A DNA stretch of 64,000 nt, from positions 1,255,974-1,319,973 of the forward strand of contig NMRA01000008.1 of NCBI GenBank assembly GCA_002633005.1, written 5' to 3'. The position numbers were made by a program, and so were the translations under genes. This document shows, one piece after another, positions 52,957-64,000 of this stretch (within the stretch, counting starts at the first letter, position 1; each line of letters begins with the position of its first letter). This DNA comes from Phoronis australis (taxonomy: Eukaryota > Animalia > Phoronida). Under the pieces are notes generated by a model that was not told the origin of the DNA, did not search any database, and saw only the letters and a list, made by a program, of their open reading frames with translations.

Positions 52957-53375
52957 ATGGCGACTCGCAATCACGACTCAGGCGAGAGCTCATCCGACGC
53001 AGACTTTACAGGTGGATCGTTAGGTTTTACAGGCTATCAGTTCGAACCGCAATACACTGATCAAGAAATACTAAAGTGGCGCCATTAAAATGCACAGGCA
53101 ACGGAACGTATGGATAGTTCTTTGGTAAGCCGGCATTCGTTAGAGAAATCACTGTCGACGAAATGTCGGCCACATACACGGAGATGTTTCACGGCCTCAT
53201 ACTTGCTATTAACTGCGTACTTTTCATTCTTCACTTCCGCGAGTCACTTCCTAAGCAATTCGGGTTCTCGAGGAAGTCGAAAAAACGATATACCCGCTTT
53301 CTTCGCAGCTCTATAGTTCTGGCAAGCGGGAACTATGCACCGCAACATAGACTCTATTCACGCGGCGGCCATTAA
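52957..53375 (+). pseudogene. Possible relic of a Kolobok-associated P2X7-C-terminal-like (nanor-like) ORF
   Basis: caacATG start then MATRNHDSGESSSDADF...GYQFEPQYTDQEI (Y.FEP motif), stop, then TEMFHGLIL...VL; the Cys cluster expected in this family is absent. Confidence 0.3.
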
Positions 53376-54515
53376 AATCCAAAGCGAGGCTCACTGCGAT
53401 AAACAAAGCGGAAGTAGACATTGCGTGAGTTAAATAGCCGGTCTTTCGAGTCCAACCTGGATACTGAATTTTAATGATGTGTCGACAATTAACCACAGAG
53501 ACGCAGAAAATTACATTAGAGAACAAGTTAAGACGCCAAAGAGTTGTCTGACGAAAAGGTTAAATTTTTTCGGAAAACTAGGTTCGAAACATGAAAAGTA
53601 AATATGACCAAATTGCAGCAATCGTGGTGTTAAGGATTAGGTATTATGGTGAATGCAGGGTTACGTTTTTTCTTGTAAATTGTTGATCAAAATACTTTCT
53701 ACGCGGACCAGGTCATCTGCTCGTATTGTTGACGAGTTGCAGACATATTCGACAGTGGTGGCTGTCATGTGCAATTAGTCACATCTGGTTTAATTTGTTG
53801 ATCAAGAATATTAACATCAAGCATAGGATGATCCTATGCACTCACTGGGACTAACAGTTGATTTGTCATTGATCTGAAAGAATAGTTGATGTTATTAAAT
53901 ACATTTTTTATTAAAATAATAAACCAGGCTCGTAATTGAAAATAAAAATGATTTGACCATCAATTCTGCTTTCATGGTTGTAATAATTCTTACGTCTATT
54001 TCATGTGTTAGATATCAATCTGGACCAAGTTGAATTTTAAATTAAAACACCTAATTCGTTCGTCCAAAACATAACCTCGTTTTAGAACTCAATTTCAGTT
54101 AACTGGACAATGCAATCATAGTTATCATGTTTCTTCAGGAACCTCGTTCATCCGAGGGTAAAGGTGCCAGTGCGGCCTACTGAGAGGCGATTTTTTCGCC
54201 GAGTGAGAGCGGGAACAATCTACCTCCCGATCACCATCAATAGCACCCCCGCCCTGTTGCAAGCTCTCATAGGCTCTGTCTCAATTTAAAGTAGCCTTTT
54301 GTGCTCTTAAAAATTGTCACCTGTGTGGTTACAAATGACGTGAACTCAGAGAGATTTTTCACTAGGGGAATTTTTATACCTCGTGGGGGGGAATTTCGCG
54401 TGATATTTCAATATTTTTGAGAGGGGAATAGGACCGATATTGGGCCCCAAATTTTAGGGAATGAGGGCCCTGTTCTTTTTGGAAAGAAGAATTATAATGT
54501 TCGTTCAACCCGTAG

Positions 54516-54831
54516 CAGGGGCGGATCCAGGATTTTGAGTTGGGGGGGGGCAGGGCACAGGAATAAGCAGCATTTCGGCAGATGCGCGCGCCCAGCCTAA
54601 AATCTGGAGATGCAGGGGTCTTGAATTCTTGGGTTTGCGGACGTGTTGACTAAAAAAAAAAACGGTAAACCGAGGGTTCATTCAGCGCCTATGCGTTGTT
54701 TATTCACCCCCCAAAGACCCCCTGGTTGCGCTCGTGTGCTAGTCAGCAATTCGCACCCGAACTCAAAAATGGGATCTGATACAATTTTAGGGGGGGGGGG
54801 GGCACCCCCCTCCCCCAAATCCGTAGTCATG
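54516..54831. mobile_element. CAGGGGCGGATCCAGG-type non-autonomous DNA element
   Basis: End CAGGGGCGGATCCAGG followed by a G run; other end G run/C run then AAATCCG; same terminal type as 25712 and 32403 with a different interior. Confidence 0.55.
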
Positions 54832-56056
54832 AAAATACAGCCTGGCATTCTCCGTTCGTTACTACATGATGCTTGACAACTAGATGCGACAACATATGAT
54901 CTACTCATTTCGAAAACATTTATTTTACACGGACATATTTTGCTTCGTCACGGCGTATGGCAACGACCCAACGCTTCCGAATCTCACGTCTTTAGAGATT
55001 GTAAAGCAAACAGTTGCGTGTCCGAATTTTTTCAAGCCGTTCGCGGAACAATACGGACGGAAACACAGACTCCTATGCCGATAAGCTAACAGAGCTATCG
55101 TAGCGAGCCTCGTTTTGGAACGCGCCTCCTATCGGCGTGAATAGGGTCTATAGCGGCATTCACTCTGCAGACGTCGCTGCGTCGTTTCTCGCCTTCCTTA
55201 CAGGTTAACACGACACCTCTCGGCAAAAAGGTAAGGTCGACCGTGTGAGAGGCGATGTGGACATAGACCGATTAAGACGGTAAAAAGACTAATTAAATCG
55301 GGTAGCATTCTCTCTTAAGCATTGTACCTGCTTGGGCTTAAGCCAATGGACCGCGGATTGATTTTGTTTACTTCGATCACCGTATAGGGAAACAGTAACC
55401 AGAGAGGGGTTTCTCAGATTTCAACCAATGGGAATCACTGAATTCTATGACGTCGATTTCATTACTTTAACCAATGAGAACCCATTTTAAACAACATTCG
55501 AGAGTAGAGAGTGTAAAATGCGTATTGGATGAGATAAATTACTGTCGTGATAACGCGTCTGGTTATCGTACGAGTTTCAAAATAAAAAACGACCAATAAG
55601 TAAAGGCAATTGACCAACCTCACGGTTTTTTAAAATTGAAAAGTAAATAATAGCAGTCTTCGAATTTTTAAAAGCGGTGCATTATTAGAGAAATTAGGAA
55701 TAGTTTTTCTTCATGAGCCATGCGCATTAATTAACTTTTACATGCGAAACTTCCGCTTTTAACCAAGTTTCGGTAAGTGGGAGAGGATAATTCCGTTAGT
55801 TAATCTGCAAGCGGTCATCGATATGGTCGCTAGAGATAAACATCGAAACGAAATAAATTTCAAGTCAGTGATATAGATTTTGCAACTTCCCTAAAAAGTC
55901 AAGTATCGAATGAAAATCGATTCCAAGATTGTTAAAGCTATTCTATAGGTCCCCTAAAAAGCAAATGAGGGAAAGCCTCCTTGGACGCATGCATATGATC
56001 GCTAGCTAAAATCAGTAAATTGTATACAAGAAAAAAAAACCCCGGTTCAACTACTC

Positions 56057-56065
56057 TATATAAAG
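56057..56065 (+). promoter_or_regulatory. TATA box of cytokine-like gene B
   Basis: TATATAAAG 57 nt before the ATG at 56114; weak kB-like GGGAAAGCCT at 55969. Confidence 0.55.
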
Positions 56066-56113
56066 AATTTGAACATGAATTCAAACCAAGTTAGCATTAT
56101 ATTTTACTCAAGC

Positions 56114-59100
56114 ATGGAAGGTAAGAAGCGGTTGTGCGTAACGATAGATAAATAAGAAACATGGTCTCGATGCGGAGACAACTCTGAAGGCTTCATTTGG
56201 GTTCTGCCTTACGAAGTATTAAATTTGGTTACATCTTTCCAAGTAATACAGGTTCTAGGCTCTTTTGAATAGAAAAAGTTTTTATCTATGGAACCACGAT
56301 TTGTTCTAAGTAAATCATAAAGTGTATTACAGGCGGAAAAAGTTATACCTTACCAAGTTATTCGTGAAACCTATTTTTGGTCTTCGGCTGTTCCTTTAGA
56401 GAACTCTATTAAAAACAGTAAAACTCCCGTTGCATTTTTTAATATGTTTAAGAATATGAAAATAGGTTTCATTTTTTCACTCATAATCGATAGGAACGAC
56501 TCAACGGTAACGTCGCACGGTAATGGACGAACTTTGTATCGAACGAACGGGGCATAGTCACGAGCAACAATATTAACTGTCAGTTTCTTGAAAGACCAAA
56601 AGAACCTCTTCCCATCCCAGTAAGGAACAAGTTGAGCAAAGAATTGTAGCAGTTTTGTGACCTAAACCAAGAGTTAGTTTTTTGGCAGAACGCGGGTTTA
56701 TCGTCACCTAAATCTGGCGTACATAGCAAAGCATCATGCTAAACATTTATTGCTAGGTATGTAAGTGCATATGTTACATGTTTAGTTACAATTTGTTAAT
56801 TACTTGAGAATATAATGCATTGCAAAGAAATGGTTTAGTTTATTTGCGAATACGTATGTCCAATTTCACGTTTTTTTTTCTTTCCACTAACTTTGAATCT
56901 CTCAGAAATTTCACGCTTGAATTTTTAGGAATCAAAAATTCATCGATCGTCCTGATCCTCCTTGGCCCGTTCATCATGGACATCTTGTCGGCGCCAGTCG
57001 ACAGCAACGAGACGCAGCAAGTCGTTGAGTCAACGCAGACGATAAACCGCAGATGTCATTGGTACAGACCATGCATTAGTGAGATAGAACAGGTACAAGC
57101 TAACACGACACCAAGCGGACAACTCCTCAATGAAGCTTACCGAAACATGTCATTGAAGGCTTTTGGACTATCTATACAGTCACAAGATTTAAAGACATCC
57201 TACGTAAGATTTTGAAACATTTATTTGGATGAGTTTTAATCCAATCAAATTGTAGTGTTGGCTACTTCAGTATCGTTGTGAAAATTTATTAATTTCACCT
57301 GCTAAAACGCGTTTTTCAAACCAATGGGTAAGTCTTATTTCATAATTATCCCAGATGTATCAGCGTTTGGGATTTATTATCCTTAGCGGACGTTGATCGT
57401 TCCGCAGAAATCTTGGTGAGCATAATTAGTACAGTTATCAAGTAAAATGTTACGTCACACGTGAGAAGACGCACCATAACATCACCACGCGGCAGTAAAG
57501 GGTGTTTATTGGAGGCTGGTATTTGATGCAGGGAACCGTTCAAGTTCTGCTGTTGCCAAAACAGGAGTGCTGAATTGATTTTTGGATAACCTAATACACT
57601 GGTTAGAGAACCATACCGAGGGACAATTTATAGAGAAACCGGCGGATATAGCGTGTGGTGAAAAGAGTGTACGCACAACTTTGAAGCAAGTCTGACGGCC
57701 CGGGCATGGTGATGAGTTTTGGTTTAGTCCCGAGGGGGCGCAACCTTTGACTTCCTGAATTTTTCAAAGACGAAGAGTTTGACCTGACTGTTACCGATGG
57801 ACGGTATAGGCCTAGAGCCGGTACAGTGTGTTCCTTCGCAGCGCTCACCTGTGGTGAAAATGGCGTTACAAATGTCAATTCTGCGCAAGAACTTGGAATC
57901 CTGCTTAATCTCAAGATCGCGTATGCGTGAACTTGGATTACACGAGGAAACTTGACAACTTCACTCAAATAATCACGTTCACGTTGATAAAAATTTGCAC
58001 CGCACTAACTCAAATTACATATTAACAAATTAACGTAAATTTTAACCAATCTTTTTCTAACAATTCACAGTATACCTCCGATTCTGTGACACAAGTTACG
58101 CTAATGGAGGAAATGGATGATCATGAGGCCAACAATTACAAAACTCTTTACAATGACCAAAAAGTTCACCTGATTGCCCAAATGAATATTCAGTTCCAAG
58201 CTCACGCATTCACGATCTTGAGATTAAGCAGGATTCTAAGTTCTGTATTAGAATTTCGTTTCCGTTTTATACAACTTTATTTTTTTCGCAAAAACCACAT
58301 AAGTTTCTTTTTTGATAGCTTCTCATGCAAAAATGAAACATTTAAAAAACAATTCTTAAAACATTTTGGGGAACTGTGTGTAAAGCATAGTAGCTGAAAG
58401 ATTCATAAGAATTTACCTGCCGTTTCTGAAATAAGATATTCCGGAGTTGGCCAAAATTGGAAATTTTTATGGGCCCTATGTGACTTTAACATTTTGACGA
58501 ATCTGACTGGTGCTGGCGGAAACGGGCAACTGTGGCCAAAAACGTGTCTCGAATACGGCATCAATAATGGACCTCCTACCGGTGGTGTCTGCAACTATTC
58601 CGCGCCACTCTCAATTCTAGCCCGTTGTGTCTAAATCTTTGGGAACTGTCGATTGGCTGTTACATGCACCTTTGTGAGAACTTTCGCAGTGTGAACTGCC
58701 TTGGTGTGACAGGGTCCTTTGGCTTTTCATGATTATTGCACTGTTTATTCAATTATTATTGACAGATCAAGACAGCAATTCATGACCCGGAGTTTGCGAG
58801 TCTGTTTGATGCATTTCACTTCAACAAATTTCCTGTCAATCAAGTCACAGACAGCGTAGTGGAATTCGCCATAGAACACGTAAGACAGATAACGACATTA
58901 GAATATCTATAATGATATGTGTCACGTGATCAACAAGTGCGTATTTGCCCAAATATCTACAGAACAATGGATTTTAACTCAGTGAAAGATTTATATTTTC
59001 TGCAACTAGAAAGCCTTTATTTTCTACTTTAAAGCTATAGTGTCATGTGACCATATTTTTATGTAGTATTTAGTAAAATTTAGCAAAAAGAATGGTTCGT

Positions 59101-60767
59101 TTATAGAAAAACAACACCATGGCAAAATTTTGATCGATAAAAATATTCAAGATGAAATCTAAAAAATGCTGTTGATGCATGTCTTGCCGCTGATCATGAT
59201 GTTGTTAACACCATTGATAGCAATGCCCCTGGTATCAGTTATGACATGTCAAGCGGAGTAAACTCATGCAATGTTGCACTGTCTTCGCCGACAAAAATCA
59301 TTAGTACTTTGATAAACGTTAATTCAATCGTTTTAATAATTATCCGCCGTGGTACCTGACTTGTCCTTAAGTTTTGCACCGTTTTATTTCAGACCGACAC
59401 GTTCCTTGTTCAAACCTATCAAGAGATGGCAACCATTTCCGTCTATCTTAACAGAGTGCGACTGGAGAACAAGCACTGGTCAGTAGGTGGCAGCAGTATG
59501 TTCTACACTACCATCGACCAGATTTCTATTCAATATTGTGATTTGATGTGCAGCCTCAACATCCATATCAAGGCATTAAAAGGTAAAGACAAAACGCACA
59601 CGCCCACGCAGAGGCGCACGCAATCACCCGCAATCATTGGACTGTTTTTTTTCATGATGTCTTATAACGGCTAACCAAACACAAGTTTTTGGCATCACAA
59701 ATTCCTTCTTTTCTCACCTCCATTCTCTCTCGACAAATCGCTCACTTCCCAACGTTTACCATGTTTTCTTCATTTGTACATGACTTTGGAGTGAGCTGAA
59801 AAGCACTGATTGCACGATATCTGCACAATATAAGCATGTAATTCTGAAACCCGTTTGGAAACGAAATGCGCGAACATTTTTAAGTCTGGTCAGCACGCCA
59901 CCTGTGGCCACATCACGTGAACTGAATATAAGTATGAAAAGATTTCTGCCCCAACCGGGAATCGAACACGGAACCTTCTACTCAGTGGATTAGAGCTTGA
60001 CTACGGTTACAAGCGTTCGAGTCCCGCTTGAGGCAGAAGGCGTTTCAGACTTATATTCATTAGGTCACGTGATGTAGCCACAGGCGGTGTGCTGCACAAA
60101 GTAAACTGTTACTCTGAGCTTGTCAATTGATTGCTGACAATGTATGAAGAATTGGTTTCGATGTAATTTTACTGTAAATGTGCACACTTAAGGCCATGCG
60201 TCTAATTCCAAAATGCGTTTCTTTCACTCACGTTCTCCATGCAATAAGGCACACGAGCCTACTCTTTACTGTCTTGGGCACAGTCATCTACACACGTTAC
60301 TAAATTTGTGTTTTCCCAGGGTTTTCGTCCATTCTTAGAATTCACCTATATCGCCCAGGAGAGTTACAATTGAAGTAATTGTTAACGTAATAGTATCTAA
60401 CTTCCACAGGAAAGGATCTTAAATCTGCATGCTTGATTTTGTGGGTGTATGACGCTCATGGTTCTTATACTTTTCTATGGACAAAGTATAAGTTTCAGAT
60501 GATCACGATTTCTGCCACTGTGTAGTTTAATGTTCACTAAGAGGTATAATCCTGTAACTTTTTTCCACTCATCATCGTTATCTTTTGGTAGGTCTCACAA
60601 TACCAGAAGTGGTCAAAGAAGACGTGATAGACCGTCGTTACGCTAACATGGGCAACGAGTCCTACAAATACGTGCGTGACTTCATAATAATTCGGGATTA
60701 CAGTCACTACCTAAATTACTTGAGTAAACTAATGCTGGTGTTGGAAAATCTGTCTACGAACAACTAA
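56114..60767 (+). CDS. Secreted helical cytokine-like protein B (paralog of A), 253 aa
   Basis: GT-AG exons 56114-56120, 56929-57203, 58766-58879, 59393-59582, 60592-60767 (762 nt, phases 1,0,0,1): MEGIKNSSIVLILLGPFIMDILSAPV...RCHWYRPCIS...EAYRNMSLKAFGLSIQSQDLKTSYIKTAIHDPEF...YCDLMCSLNIHI...YKYVRDFIIIRDYSHYLNYLSKLMLVLENLSTNN. No stops or frameshifts. Confidence 0.88.
57877..58256. mobile_element. MITE in intron 2 of gene B
   Basis: agaacttggaatcctgcttaatctcaagatcgcgtatgcgtgaacttgga pairs with tccaagctcacgcattcacgatcttgagattaagcaggattctaagttct. Confidence 0.8.
59890..60094. mobile_element. Palindromic element whose arms contain tRNA-like T-arm/B-box sequence, in intron 4 of gene B
   Basis: cagcacgccacctgtggccacatcacgtga pairs with tcacgtgatgtagccacaggcggtgtgctg; GTTCGAGTCCC on + and GTTCGATTCCC on -. 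Confidence 0.7.
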
Positions 60768-61292
60768 AGTGATAAAGCTGTTCCACGTACAACCCGCTCT
60801 ACGTAGAGAGCCTCTTGTACAATTATTGTACCGTCTCACACACCGATTGGTTTATGAATTGCTCAAAAATGTATGCACATTTAAATCTTAGATAAATGAG
60901 TTTCATGTCCTGAAATGGAGTAGAAGTAACTCGATGTATGTAGTAGTCAAAACGCAATGGCATAACCGCGCAGCACAATTCACGAATTCTTGTCTTGTTT
61001 TGTTTTATTCATTGTTCCTCTTGAATTATCATTACTACTTGTTCATTGCTTTATGTAACGTTTTTCTACTGCTCTGTTTACTTGATATCTAGTTCGTACG
61101 ACTTGATGTTTCGCACGTACGACTGAATTATTGTTTTTCTCACGTACAAATACGCTTCTGTAATTTGTGACACGCAGTCAATTATTTGCCGTTGTAGAAC
61201 TGCCACTGGACTTGAGTTTTTGCTCTACATAACCTGTTGCTAACGTATTGAGTTTTCTGCATTGTTTTCAATGTCAATAGTGTTTGTATGGT

Positions 61293-61323
61293 TTTATTTA
61301 TTTATTTATATTTTGATTTATTT
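61293..61323 (+). promoter_or_regulatory. Clustered AU-rich element in the putative 3' UTR of gene B
   Basis: tttatttatttatttatattttgatttattt; AATAAA at ~61800. Confidence 0.55.
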
Positions 61324-63096
61324 GTACTGTAAAACACTTTCTTTGTCCGGAATACGTTTTTAAATTTTTAATAGAGCAAGCTGAGTTTCTCACTAGATGA
61401 ATTTACACACTAAATATTAGAAGGCTGAACTAGTAAATTGTTAGTGCTTTAAACTAACTTTCACGAGGCTTGGAATTTTCTTCTTTTAAGATAATTGTCT
61501 CTTTTTTGGTTTTGATTTCCTTTTATTTGATTTCTAGTTTCCTTTTTTGATTCTCTTTTTTATCATAAATTTGACTTTGCTAATGCAAAAACATTTATTT
61601 CACTTAAATTCTACAACACGAAAAATATTTGTATTACTCAAGCCTATTTATTTGTCGAATTATAAAAAACCTGGAAATTTTTCCTCTTTTTGTCATTCGT
61701 CATTCTAAGCCCTGCTTTCAATACAAAGTGTGTAGATTTATAACGTACCAGAATCGGTTTTAGAACGTTTTGTTCCTTTGTACTTCTTGACTGCGGTGGA
61801 ATAAAATTTTATATAAACTGACTTTCATTTATACATAATCATAAATTGGTCTGAAAAACGATAAAATGATTTAGCAAATTGAAATAATCTACAACTTTTC
61901 AATGCGATGTGGTAATATGTTTCATGTTAATCCTTCGTGTTTAAAAGGATATCCCACCCAGTCCATGAATCTCTTTGTTTTCTCAAACCATGCGTACTAT
62001 TTATTATCCCATGAAAATATGGCCATTGTATATGTGACGTATTCAACTGTGATATACGGGAAAGTAGAGCCAATCCGTATTAAACGGTAGAAGTCCGGTA
62101 TTTCTCGGTTGGTGACTAGTGGTGGAGTAAGTTCGCGTGTACAACGCCAAATGTTATATCATTTGTGTTACCTAAATCATTAATTCAAGGCATCGTTTCT
62201 GAAAAAATCAGTTTTACTGCTCTAAAAACAGAAAAGATTTACCGATGAAAATTCCGACGCACGGTGATCAGGCGGCTATTTTTCGGTCTCGTTCAAGTCT
62301 TAATTTGAGTAAATAGGTCAAACTGAGTAAGGTCACCAGCTAGTAAAATCTGCCAAAATCTAATTCAAATCCAACAAAAACGTTTCGTTATGGATGCATA
62401 CAGTATATCTACCCTGGGATCTAAGGTCTTTACAGGAAATCAAGACCTAATAACTAGTATGTATTTTTTACTGAAGCAATTGTCTGCTCGCAGCGTACAA
62501 CTCTCCGTCGCCGGCCGTGGCGTATAACTTCTGTTTTTTGCGATAGTCCTTAGGCCTACCTCAAGTTTTACAAATCAGCATAGTTTCCACCGTTATTTCC
62601 TAATGCTGTGATCAACACAGGGAAATGTTTCTATTGCTATGTACATTTCAGAAGCTAAGACACGAAAATAGACCAAGAAAACTAAGAAATTTATCGAAGC
62701 TGACAACAAACTGTTGCAGGCAACTCAGTTCAGGGAATGTTTCAATTTTTATATTCCCGGATGGATTATTTCTAAGTTTCCGACAAACTTATGATATAAT
62801 TGAATGCTTCAATGCTTTAACTTGTATACTTGACAGTGTAAAAATTCCGATGAATTTATTACAAAATAAAACTTTACTGGTTATTCAACACTTTCACAGA
62901 TTCTCTTATAGCTTAACCAGTTTTGGTAACGTACTTGGCATACATATGACGTCATATAACAACAAGCCGGATCACACGGCAACAGGGTATTGCCACGATG
63001 ATGCAAATATATGGGATATAACACAATATTAGCCTCGAATGGCTAATACAACCGTGTAATAACCCATTTAGTTATCTCACTAGTGAGATAACATTT

Positions 63097-63177
63097 GGCG
63101 GGAACCGAGGCCAGTTTCGAACCCGGGCCGCAAGAGTTTCCAGTCGTCGACTTTACCACTACACCACTCAGCGGCTG
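63097..63177 (-). mobile_element. tRNA-derived SINE head
   Basis: Reverse complement has A box TGGTGTAGTGG and B box GGTTCGAAACT; no valid acceptor stem. Confidence 0.5.
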
Positions 63178-63455
63178 ACATCATCGAATGCGAAAACACG
63201 CGCAACAATCGCATGTTCAACAAAGGGCATTGTACCGACATTTATAGGCTATGGAAACTAAGACGCATAATTTCCATAAAAACGATATTTTAATTCAGTG
63301 AAATTTTTCTCTCATTTCCACTCACTTGTAAATCCCCGATCTCCACTTATTTGAATGCGAGTATCGCGTCGTCGGGATCCTTTGACTTGAGCATTATACT
63401 CAGTTACCAGTGGTAACATTCTTTAGCAGACGATACTTTCCAGGTCGAAGCTTGG

Positions 63456-63459
<4 letters not shown>

Positions 63460-63550
<91 letters not shown>
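63460..63550. repeat. (TA)n microsatellite
   Basis: About 90 bp of TA with two TG interruptions. Confidence 0.98.
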
Positions 63551-63551
<1 letters not shown>

Positions 63552-64000
63552 TAAGAGAACTATACAGATCCGGGGTATTTTTATATATGAGACCTTTACT
63601 GTGGGGTTGCAAAAAATTGTGGGGTATATATAATGCCCCACAATTTCAGACCTATCAGAAACTGTTATTTGGTATGTACAGTGCCTCCACGTGTATTCTA
63701 TCAACAACTTGGTTTCATCACAACATCATATATATAACTCTGTACAGTCACTCCCAAAAGATGTCACTGTTATTATGAGTGTCCTGCCACAGAGTGCCAT
63801 ATGTGACCTACATTGGTATACTGTTATGTAATGGCCATGGAGGATATTAAGTTACTTGACCTAACACTGCAACAAGCGTCTGAGGTTTTGATTTTAGTGT
63901 TTAATAGAGTTGGGGTTGAACATCCGTTTTAGAGTTTGAGTTGAGACAAGTTTTACTTCGTTTTATCTGAAACAAGAATGTTTGTGTGGAAGATGGTACA

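Noticed and set aside
34045-60767. Genes A and B as uncollapsed alleles of one locus
   Set aside because: Exons 2 and 5, the promoters, intron 4 and the UTRs are too diverged and carry different insertions; this fits true paralogs better.
63097-63177. tRNA gene
   Set aside because: A and B boxes are present but there is no pairing acceptor stem; treated as SINE-derived. The same applies to 17285 and 59940-60040.
63400-63778. ORFs with YIYIYI runs
   Set aside because: Translation of the (TA)n microsatellite.

Overview
This is eukaryotic (animal, invertebrate-like) genomic DNA with GT-AG introns, many transposon relics and an assembly gap at 41336-41914; nothing in it looks prokaryotic. Three protein-coding genes can be built by hand. 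(1) The last 10 exons of TCERG1/CA150 (third WW domain plus FF repeats), + strand, 391-11891. (2, 3) Two tandem + strand paralogs at 34045-38574 and 56114-60767. Each has 5 exons and encodes 253 aa with a signal peptide, a C-H-W-Y-R-P-C motif, predicted long amphipathic helices and a C-terminal YVRD(Y/F)IIIRDYSHYLNYL helix. The ORF track misses them because they are split into short exons. Protein motifs, exon layout (7-nt first coding exon, 114-nt third exon), NF-kB/CRE/STAT-type motifs around copy A and AU-rich 3' UTRs together suggest an invertebrate IL-6/IL-11/Unpaired-type helical cytokine pair; this is inference and has not been checked by any search. The rest is mostly mobile DNA: Helentron/HINE-type elements, MITEs and foldbacks, a CA..TG element family with 5-bp target duplications, a ~6.7 kb long-TIR element with an Academ-like transposase relic, and LINE, DIRS and SINE fragments.
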